The position numbers and the translations under genes were made by a program. The notes under the pieces were generated by a model. It worked only from the letters and a program-made list of their open reading frames with translations. It had not been told where the DNA came from and did not search any database. Shown here piece by piece: positions 56,785-64,000 of a DNA stretch of 64,000 nt. Source of the DNA: Candidatus Hydrogenedentota bacterium. Lineage in GTDB: Bacteria; Hydrogenedentota; Hydrogenedentia; Hydrogenedentales; SLHB01. Each line of letters opens with the position of its first letter. Within the stretch, counting starts at the first letter, position 1. The DNA is taken from the NCBI GenBank assembly GCA_045863335.1, contig BTVY01000036.1:1-64000 (forward strand). The letters run 5' to 3'.

Positions 56785-57531
56785 GTGCTAGACCGGTCCA
56801 AACCCAATCGCAATCCCAATCCCTCGACCCCGCAACCGAAGCCTGCTCCGCCGCCGCAACAGATCCCAGACACCTATGAGGCCTTGGAAGAGGCCGGCAA
56901 GAGCGGGGGCCTATTCGGCCGCATGAATCAGGCATTCCAGGAGGCGCTGCACACCAGTCGCGGTCCTGGGCGCACGCGCGACGCGGTGGAAGAAGCGGGG
57001 GACAGCCCCTCGATAACGGCCGACGACCTGGCCATTCGTCGCGCGCGCAATGTGAAACTCCAGCGCATGGTCGTGCCGGAAGGCGTGATCATTGAAGGCA
57101 ATATGACCAGCGGTTCCGAGACGGAAATCGCGGGGAAGATCGAAGGCAACGTCACCGTCGAGGGGCGGCTCTACCTGGCGCCCAGCGCACTGGTGTCCGG
57201 GAACGTCCGAGCCACGTCATGTCGCGTGGACGGGTTGGTCGAAGGACGTGTCGAGTGCACTCAGGAACTCGAGTTGGGGAAGACCGGCCGTCTGAGCGCG
57301 GACGCCTTGGGCGGCAAGGAAGTGATCATTGGGGGTCAGATATTCGGAGATGTGTCCACGGGAGGGGTCGCGCGGCTCCTCGCCACGGCAAAGGTGAACG
57401 GCAATATTCGCACGCGGCGCGTTGTTATTGAGGAAGGCGCGTTGTTCAACGGGTCCTGCACCATGCGGACCCCGGCGCAGCGTAGCGAGAAACAACCGGA
57501 AAAGCCGCAGCATGATAGCGCGGGAAGTTGA
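56785..57531 (+). CDS. Bactofilin (polymer-forming cytoskeletal protein)
   Basis: EGVIIEGN..IAGKIEGNV and VNGNIRTRRVVIEEGALFNGSC, with a Pro-rich N-terminus. Confidence 0.85.
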   Translation: MLDRSKPNRNPNPSTPQPKPAPPPQQIPDTYEALEEAGKSGGLFGRMNQAFQEALHTSRGPGRTRDAVEEAGDSPSITADDLAIRRARNVKLQRMVVPEGVIIEGNMTSGSETEIAGKIEGNVTVEGRLYLAPSALVSGNVRATSCRVDGLVEGRVECTQELELGKTGRLSADALGGKEVIIGGQIFGDVSTGGVARLLATAKVNGNIRTRRVVIEEGALFNGSCTMRTPAQRSEKQPEKPQHDSAGS

Positions 57532-57544
57532 GGAGTAACAAGCC

Positions 57545-58276
57545 GTGCCTGTCCCGATGTATTTCGATTGGACCCTGATTCTGCTTATCCCCGGCGTCAT
57601 CCTGTCGCTCTGGGCCCAGTTCAAAGTGAAGTCTACGTACGAGAAGTATTCGCAGGTCGCCACGCGTTCCGGACTGACCGGCGCGCAGGTGGCGCAGTTG
57701 GTCATGGAAAACGCCGAGGTGAAAACCTCCGGCGGCACCCTTCAGCCGGCCTACGCGACCGGTATTTCGTGCCCGATTAATATGGTCCCCGGACAATTGA
57801 CGGACCACTACGATCCGCGCAACCGGACCTTGAACCTGTCCGAGGGCGTGTACCACGGGCGCAGTGTCGCGGCCCTGGGCGTAGCGGCCCACGAAGTGGG
57901 CCATGCGATCCAGCATGCCAACGCGTATTCCGCGCTCATGTGGCGCAACGCCATTTATCCCATGACCAGCATCAGTTCAACGCTGTCGTGGCCTTTGCTG
58001 ATCGGCGGACTGTTTTTCGGCATTTCGCCGCTGCTCCACATCGGCATCGCGCTCTTTTCCGTGGCAGTGTTGTTCACCGTGATCACCTTGCCGGTCGAGT
58101 TCGACGCGAGCAAACGGGCCATTCGGGCCCTCGCCCATGGCGGGTATCTGACGGACGATGAAATCGTCGGCGCGCGGAGGGTGTTGAACGCAGCCGCATG
58201 GACCTACGTCGCTGCCGCGGCCATGGCCGTGTTGCAGTTGCTTCGTCTCATTCTGATTGCGCGGGGCCGCGATTAG
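57545..58276 (+). CDS. Membrane neutral zinc metallopeptidase (YugP-like)
   Basis: LTDHYDP, AAHEVGHAIQH, PVEFDASKRA and AAAWTYVA. Confidence 0.9.
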   Translation: MPVPMYFDWTLILLIPGVILSLWAQFKVKSTYEKYSQVATRSGLTGAQVAQLVMENAEVKTSGGTLQPAYATGISCPINMVPGQLTDHYDPRNRTLNLSEGVYHGRSVAALGVAAHEVGHAIQHANAYSALMWRNAIYPMTSISSTLSWPLLIGGLFFGISPLLHIGIALFSVAVLFTVITLPVEFDASKRAIRALAHGGYLTDDEIVGARRVLNAAAWTYVAAAAMAVLQLLRLILIARGRD

Positions 58277-58351
58277 TTCCTTCGTGCGAATCGTACCGAA
58301 GCGGGTACATTGATACAGCTTAGTTGGGTTTTCCGGAGGCAGTGAGCAGTC

Positions 58352-59461
58352 ATGTCCGGCATCGGCGCCGCAATAGCAATCGCGCTGATTTCGTTGGCGC
58401 CGGATACCGCGCTTCGCGAAATGCGCGGCGAAGGACACGCCGCCGGGTTGGGCCCGGCTGCCCGCGCGGAAGCCATTCGCAACGCCCAGACCGCGATCGT
58501 CATCCAACGCCTGGAAGCGCTGGCGCCCACGCGCGACTTCACCGTATTCGCTCCCGTGATCGAGGGTTCTGAGCGATTCGTTCCGAGCTATCGCGTCCTG
58601 AGCGAGGAAGCAACGGATGCCACAACCCACGTCGAGATCGCCGGCGAGTTGCTTGACGCGCAACTGAAGCATGACGCCGCGAGACTGATTCTCGACAGCC
58701 ACGTGGACAAGCCAAGAGTCATACTCCTTATCAGCGAGCGTATCTCGCCTGGCACGCCCCGCTCGTTCCGAGAGGAAGGCGTTGCGGAAGCGGCCCTTGC
58801 GGAGAAGCTTTCGGAAGCGAAGTTTGACGTGATCGATTCACGTGACCTCATTGCCGTCCAAACGGAGGACGAGTTACAGCAGTTCGTCGGCGGTAGCCCA
58901 AACCTGGCGAGCCAACTCGCGCGACGGGAACTTGCCGATGTGGCCATACTCGGTTCGGCCGTCTCCTTCATGGAGGCCAGCGATTCGCGCGACGCGGGCC
59001 TGCACCGGCACCGCGCGGAACTGGACCTTCGCGTCATTCGCGCCGCAGACGGCATCGTACTGGAAGAGTCTAAAGCCGAAGCGGAATTGATCAGCGTCGA
59101 CCCGCAACAAGGCGGCGAGCTGTCGGTCCGGGACGCATGCGACAAGGCTGTGAACGCCATCATCGATGCGGCCGCCCTCGGACTTCTGGGTGGCGCTCCC
59201 CGCGGTCAGATCTACCTCACGATCGAGGGCCTGTCCGGCAACACGCAACTCGACCAAATCCTCGAACACATCAAGGGCGTGCCCGGGGTGGAATCGGTGG
59301 AGGAAATGTACACGTCAGCGGAAATGGCGCGCATGGCGATCGCCTATTCCGGTCCCATGGGACCCTTCGTAGACGCGCTTTCCGCCGACCGTTACGATGG
59401 CTACACGTTGCACACCGAAAGCGTCGTCAACCGCGACATGACGGTTAGCGTTCGTCAGTAA
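58352..59461 (+). CDS. Hypothetical exported protein (FlgT-like N-terminal region possible)
   Basis: 369 aa with a signal-like N-terminus and an ARAEAIRNA motif. Confidence 0.55.
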   Translation: MSGIGAAIAIALISLAPDTALREMRGEGHAAGLGPAARAEAIRNAQTAIVIQRLEALAPTRDFTVFAPVIEGSERFVPSYRVLSEEATDATTHVEIAGELLDAQLKHDAARLILDSHVDKPRVILLISERISPGTPRSFREEGVAEAALAEKLSEAKFDVIDSRDLIAVQTEDELQQFVGGSPNLASQLARRELADVAILGSAVSFMEASDSRDAGLHRHRAELDLRVIRAADGIVLEESKAEAELISVDPQQGGELSVRDACDKAVNAIIDAAALGLLGGAPRGQIYLTIEGLSGNTQLDQILEHIKGVPGVESVEEMYTSAEMARMAIAYSGPMGPFVDALSADRYDGYTLHTESVVNRDMTVSVRQ

Positions 59462-59510
59462 TCCTCCACCCCAAGAGCGGGATTTCCCCGGCGACCTCTA
59501 ATGCGTTGCG

Positions 59511-59927
59511 TCAATCTCCCGTTACCGTGACTACGACTCGACGGTTGCGCGGTTTCACGTCGCATTCCAGATGGAAGATCTGTTGCCATGTCCCCAATAC
59601 CATCTGCCCATTGCGAATTGGAATCGTGACCGACGGCCCTGCCAGACTCGACTGGAGATGGCTGTGGCCGTTGCCGTCGTGCCACGCGTGTTCGTGACCG
59701 TAATCGCGGCTTGGTGGTATCAGGCGATCTAACATCTCCGGGTAGTCGCCTTGAAGGCCCGGCTCAAATTCGATGGTGCCGATGGTCGCCGTGCTTCCGA
59801 TATTGAATACATGCACAAACCCGGTCTGAACGTGAGAGCGGGACACGATGTTCTCCACTTGCGCCGTGATGTCGTGCATCACGCCGTGTCCGCTTGTACG
59901 GATTGACAGGTCGTCCTGAAAGGTCAA
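59511..59927 (-). CDS. yjbQ: YjbQ-family protein (UPF0047)
   Basis: HDIT, DGNGHSHL and LGTWQQI. TTG start after AGGAGG. Confidence 0.88.
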   Translation of the reverse strand: MTFQDDLSIRTSGHGVMHDITAQVENIVSRSHVQTGFVHVFNIGSTATIGTIEFEPGLQGDYPEMLDRLIPPSRDYGHEHAWHDGNGHSHLQSSLAGPSVTIPIRNGQMVLGTWQQIFHLECDVKPRNRRVVVTVTGD

Positions 59928-60234
59928 TGTGACACCTCCTGCGTATGACGCAATGCGCCACCCGCTTCGGAAACGGCACCGCGCCCGCACCGAGCGCCGC
60001 CGGCATCTATCCAGCATAGAAAGCAGTCGCGGCTGGTTCAACAGAAAACAATGCGGAGCAGAAGTCCAAACGCAGCTATCGTAGCGTCCTGCCTTCCTTG
60101 GCGGGCGAAAAGACCCGTCGAGAATCCATGGATTCGGGTCTCGCCCGGCGTGGAAGCCGGGCGCTACACGACTTGTGCACGAAGCCGAGCCTTCAACTTG
60201 GGATACGCTTCGTGGGTCGCTATACTCCCACGCC

Positions 60235-61017
60235 ATGACCGAGAATGGACCGAAACCTTCGTCCCCGCCCGCGATCGCGGTGGTTTTTCTGCATGCGGCG
60301 TGCAACATGACCTGCACGTTTTGCGGCACGGAAAACAGCGTCGACGGCCTGACGCCCGATCAGGCGCGCGACACGCTGCGCGTGATTCTGCAGCGCGGCT
60401 TTTCCAATGTCGTGCTCGGCGGTGGCGAACCCTTCGTGTGGAAGCACGATGTAGTGGCATTGGCACGCGAAGCGAAGGGGATGGGGCTGTTCGTGCAAAT
60501 CGGCACCAACGGAATCGATCTGCCCCACGGGTTTGAGGCGTTGGCGTGTGTCGATCGCTTCGTCCTTCCACTCGACGGGTACGATGCCGAATCGCACAAC
60601 GCGGTGCGCATCGCGCGCGACGGCCATTTCCAACTAATCTTGAACCGGTTGGAGGCCCTGCGCTCGGCCGGGAAATCCGTCACGGTCTCCACGGTAGTTA
60701 CATCGCGAAACATCGGCGCACTCAATCGAATAGCCCGACAACTCGCGGAGTATGCCGAACGCGGTGGCCAGCTCCACGCCTGGCACCTCTACAAGTTCCT
60801 GCCCATCGGCCGCGGCGGCCGCGAGTACGCCGACGAACTTGCGATCTCCGACGCGGAGTTTATCGACGCATGTACTTCCGTCAAAGCCGCGCATCCGGCG
60901 CTGACCATCTACCGCCGCAACGACATGCGCTTCTCCAGGCACGTAGACTTCTTCTGGTACGAAGGCGGCAAACCTCAAATCGGCAGCGAAGTCTGGGGAC
61001 AGGGGACGGTCCTGTAA
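60235..61017 (+). CDS. Radical SAM protein
   Basis: CNMTCTFC, GGGEP and TNG. No SPASM cysteines. Confidence 0.85.
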   Translation: MTENGPKPSSPPAIAVVFLHAACNMTCTFCGTENSVDGLTPDQARDTLRVILQRGFSNVVLGGGEPFVWKHDVVALAREAKGMGLFVQIGTNGIDLPHGFEALACVDRFVLPLDGYDAESHNAVRIARDGHFQLILNRLEALRSAGKSVTVSTVVTSRNIGALNRIARQLAEYAERGGQLHAWHLYKFLPIGRGGREYADELAISDAEFIDACTSVKAAHPALTIYRRNDMRFSRHVDFFWYEGGKPQIGSEVWGQGTVL

Positions 61018-61073
61018 CGCCGCTTCCGGACTGCACCCTTCGGCTCAAACCTAAACCTGAGTTCCTAGGTCTC

Positions 61074-61098
61074 AATTCACAATTCATAATTCATAATC
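61074..61098. repeat. Heptamer repeat (AATTCAY)
   Basis: aattcac aattcat aattcat aatc. Confidence 0.65.
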
Positions 61099-61109
61099 CG
61101 TCCTCCCTC

Positions 61110-61138
61110 TTGCAATCTGTATCAAAGTATGATACAGT
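61110..61138 (+). promoter_or_regulatory. Sigma70 promoter overlapped by a palindromic GntR operator
   Basis: TTGCAA-N17-TACAGT, with palindrome CTGTATCA-N5-TGATACAG at 61117-61137. Confidence 0.72.
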
Positions 61139-61145
61139 GACCTTG

Positions 61146-61544
61146 ATGATCACCATCGACCTCGAAAGTCCCGTTCCCCTGGAGGAACAGCTTACCCAGG
61201 AAATCCGCCGGGCTTTGGCCCGTGGCGAGATTGTGCCGGGGGACAACATGCCCTCCGTTCGGCAGTTGGCCGGTGACCTCGGTATCCACTGGAACACCGT
61301 CGCCCGCGCGTACCGGCGGCTCCGCGACGAGGGACTCCTCGTGGTCGGGCGCGGCCGCGGCGTGTACGTGCGCGAATCGAACCGCCGGCCAGGCAAACCG
61401 GCCCCGGAACTTCGGGAGAAGGTCCGGTCTATTCTGCGCGACGCCGTAACCGAGGCGCGGTTGTCGGGACTCGAATTGGATGCATTCAAAGATCTCGTTT
61501 CCCGTGAACTTGAATTCTGGGAAGAAGGGAGGAGTGGCTCATGA
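61146..61544 (+). CDS. GntR-family (YtrA-like) transcriptional regulator
   Basis: MPSVRQLAGDLGIHWNTVARAY...GRGVYV with a short C-terminus. Confidence 0.9.
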   Translation: MITIDLESPVPLEEQLTQEIRRALARGEIVPGDNMPSVRQLAGDLGIHWNTVARAYRRLRDEGLLVVGRGRGVYVRESNRRPGKPAPELREKVRSILRDAVTEARLSGLELDAFKDLVSRELEFWEEGRSGS

Positions 61545-62428
61545 CGTCCTTTATCACGTTGACTTTTCTTGTCGTGATGCTCGGAATTCACGTGCCCGCC
61601 GCGTGGTGGTGGCAACGGCGAATGCTTGGCGGCGTGGATGCGGCCACCCGTGATGCGGTCCAGCACGACCTGCGGGGTTACTGGGTCCGCCTCATCCTCG
61701 CGCAGGCCGTTGTGATTCTCGGGATTGGCGTATGGATCGCGCTGCACCCGGAAATAATCTGGAACTTCCAGATTCAGGCATCGAGCGGACGTATCGGATT
61801 CTACGCGTTTCATGGACTGTGGTGGCCCTTTGTCTTTCCGTTGATCCTGCGTCTCGACAAGTCGCTTCGGGCCCACGGCGTGCTTACAGGCCCCACGCAG
61901 CCAGGTCCGGTGCGCACGGCAAGCCTGAGAGCGCGGAAGGTCAGCGAGTATCTGCCCAGTTGGAGCACGCCGCTGGAAGTCGCGATCGTCATTATCGGGA
62001 TGACCGTCGTGGCCGCTCGTGCAATCACAGCGCCGGATCCGAATCCCGCCTTGCTTTGGAGCGCGGGGATGTTCGCATTCTGGGCCGTCGTATTTGTCGT
62101 CGGGTACGCGTTCTGGATTCGCACGGAGGTTCAACAGTCCTACTCCTGGCTTGCAGAGACCGCGACGGAGGAGGAAATTGAGGCGCACCGCAGGTTTCGA
62201 GTGCGCGGCATCTTTGCTATGCAGATTGCGGGTGCTGCCACGTTCTTCGCCGCGTCCGCCATGGTGATTGAAGTCGCCCGGGGGACGATTTCCGGCTCGA
62301 CCGTCGGACTGATCGGTGGCATCGGAGGCGCTGTGCTCGGAATTGGCGGCGGCGTTCTTGGGACTCTCGCCAGCCTTCGCGCCGCCAAGTTGCAGCGCGC
62401 GCAGCAGTACCGGGAGCAGGGGCACTGA
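61541..62428 (+). CDS. Hypothetical multi-pass membrane protein
   Basis: About 7 hydrophobic segments. ATGA overlap with the gntR gene. Confidence 0.75.
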   Translation: MTSFITLTFLVVMLGIHVPAAWWWQRRMLGGVDAATRDAVQHDLRGYWVRLILAQAVVILGIGVWIALHPEIIWNFQIQASSGRIGFYAFHGLWWPFVFPLILRLDKSLRAHGVLTGPTQPGPVRTASLRARKVSEYLPSWSTPLEVAIVIIGMTVVAARAITAPDPNPALLWSAGMFAFWAVVFVVGYAFWIRTEVQQSYSWLAETATEEEIEAHRRFRVRGIFAMQIAGAATFFAASAMVIEVARGTISGSTVGLIGGIGGAVLGIGGGVLGTLASLRAAKLQRAQQYREQGH

Positions 62429-62983
62429 GGCTGGAGACCGGAGGCGGGAGGCTGGAGGGAATTCCGGCGGCGCATTGCGCCTTCGTTACAGATTCGGAAG
62501 CAATACGGCTTTTTGGCGGTGGTTCGACTTGTGTCGAACTTGGTGATGAGGTGCACCCCCCTTTCGATTTTCTCGTGACGATTCAAGGGGGTGATCCCTG
62601 GGTGGCATGTCTTGTTCGTCATTGGCTGCGTTTCCCTTACTGGTATGGACGGCAAGGACTTGTCTGCGTCTGGCCCTGAATCGGCAGAGCGACGAGATCC
62701 GGGTGCACCCCCCCGTGAAATTTGACGAAACAAGGGAGGTGGGGGTGCACGAGAAATCGGGATTACGTTCAATGTGTTTTTCCATCGGGAGAGTTCTCCT
62801 TATTGGTATAGGGCGTGGCGTTGCAGTTTGGAAATTATGAATTACGAATTAAGAATTAAGAATTGGGGGGCGCGGCCGGGACATGAGCAACGCTTTTCCG
62901 GTTTAACTCTCCTCCAGTGGCGTGGAAAGTTCCAGGTTCTGCGAGTTGGCTCTTCTAAACTATGGCGCGTGCGCGGAAGGATC

Positions 62984-63240
62984 AATCCGCAATCCGAAAT
63001 CCGCAATCCGAAATCCGCAATCCGCAATCCGAAATCCGCAATCCGCAATCCGAAATCCGCAATCCGAAATCCGCAATCTTCTTCCTCCAATCTTCTTCCT
63101 CCAATCTTCTTCCTCCAATCTTCTTCCTCCAATCTTCTTCCTCCAGCCTTCTTCCTCCAGCCTTCTTCCTCCAGCCTTCTTCCTCCAGTCTCCAGCCTCC
63201 AGTCTCCAGCCTCCAGTCTCCAGCCTCCAGTCTCCAGCCT
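62984..63240. repeat. Compound in-phase heptamer tandem array
   Basis: (AATCCGC/A)x13, (AATCTTC TTCCTCC)x5, (AGCCTTC TTCCTCC)x3, (AGTCTCC AGCCTCC)x~4. Confidence 0.95.
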
Positions 63241-63304
63241 GCTTTTGCTCTCCGCGCGAAAACCTGCGAAAATAGGGGGCGAAGGTACAGCATCGGAAAT
63301 CATC

Positions 63305-64000
63305 ATGCGTATTGGTCCCATTGAACTGAACAGACCCCTCGCGCTCGCGCCCATGGAGGACGTGACGGACATCCCGTTCCGGCTCGTCTGCAAGGAGCTG
63401 GGCGCGGACCTCTTGTATACGGAGTTCGCGAGCAGCGAAGGCCTGATCCGCGACGCGCGCCGGTCGTTGCAGAAGATCCGCGTCGTGGAAGAAGAGCGGC
63501 CCGTCGCCGTGCAGATTTTCGGTGGCCTGGAGACCTCGATGGAATCCGCGGCGGCCGTGGCGGAGCAGGCCAGGCCCGACTTCATCGACATCAATTGCGG
63601 CTGCTGGGTAAAGAAGGTCGCGTTGCGCGAGGCGGGCGCTGGTCTGCTGAAAGACATCCCCAAGTTCAAGGCGATTGTGGAATCGGTAATTCGCGGCACC
63701 TCGCTCCCGGTCACCGTGAAGACGCGGCTCGGCTGGGACGCGAAGAGCATCGTGATCGTCGATGTGGCGCGGATGCTGGAAGACATCGGCGTGAAGGCCC
63801 TGGCGTTGCACTGCCGCACACGGGATCAGGGTCACCGCGGCGACGCGGACTGGTCGTGGCTGGAGAAGCTGAAAGGCGCCGTCTCGATTCCCATCATCGG
63901 CAACGGCGACCTCGCCACGCCGGAGGACGTGAAGCGCATGTTCGAAACCGGGTGCGACGGCGTCATGATTGGACGCGGCGCAATCCAGAACCCGTGGATC
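63305..64000 (+). CDS. dusB: tRNA-dihydrouridine synthase (partial, runs off window)
   Basis: Translated by eye: MRIGPIELNRPLALAPMEDVTD..FR, DINCGC, VTVKTRLGWD, NGD, GCDGVMIGRGA. Confidence 0.9.
   Translation, partial: MRIGPIELNRPLALAPMEDVTDIPFRLVCKELGADLLYTEFASSEGLIRDARRSLQKIRVVEEERPVAVQIFGGLETSMESAAAVAEQARPDFIDINCGCWVKKVALREAGAGLLKDIPKFKAIVESVIRGTSLPVTVKTRLGWDAKSIVIVDVARMLEDIGVKALALHCRTRDQGHRGDADWSWLEKLKGAVSIPIIGNGDLATPEDVKRMFETGCDGVMIGRGAIQNPWI

Noticed and set aside
61091-62425. 444-aa minus-strand ORF
   Set aside because: Antisense to the gntR and membrane protein genes, which have clear motifs and a promoter.
62842-63835. ORFs spanning the heptamer array (62842-63819, 62960-63835, 62922-63275, 62962-63324)
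   Set aside because: They are translations of the tandem repeat and of the dusB antisense strand, with low-complexity products.

Overview
GC-rich bacterial window. Gene content (alginate-export-like beta-barrel, heptamer tandem repeats) is reminiscent of Candidatus Hydrogenedentes or PVC-like lineages, which is inference only. The first 11.5 kb is a phosphate locus (porin-like gene divergent from phoB-phoR-pstSCAB-phoU, plus a lipoprotein/Ig-fused Na/Pi symporter). From 11.5 to 36.8 kb are mostly housekeeping and envelope genes (degenerate xylose-isomerase-like barrel, hflX, SLC13 permease, lipB, a large membrane-anchored ECF sigma factor, glycoside hydrolase, HAD, thrC, hom, lipA, MinD/FlhG-like ATPase) with REP-like palindromes. 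About 36.9-56.3 kb is an accessory, conflict-type island. It holds a sigma54-promoter operon with a Pup-like GGE-tailed modifier, a highly divergent PafA/Dop-like ligase with a long C-terminal extension and a HicB-like/TPR protein, with no proteasome genes in the window. It also holds a divergent enhancer-binding ATPase lacking GAFTGA, a frameshifted RAYT transposase, a SLOG-SLATT / ATPase-RyR / channel-RCK-RyR cluster, and a DUF4062-STAND-like protein with recently duplicated repeats. The remainder has bactofilin, a Zn peptidase, yjbQ, a radical SAM gene, GntR plus membrane protein, a long compound heptamer array and a partial dusB. The best candidate for a novel system is the stand-alone Pup-like conjugation operon at 36934-41307. 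All assignments come from motif recognition by eye; no database searches were run.
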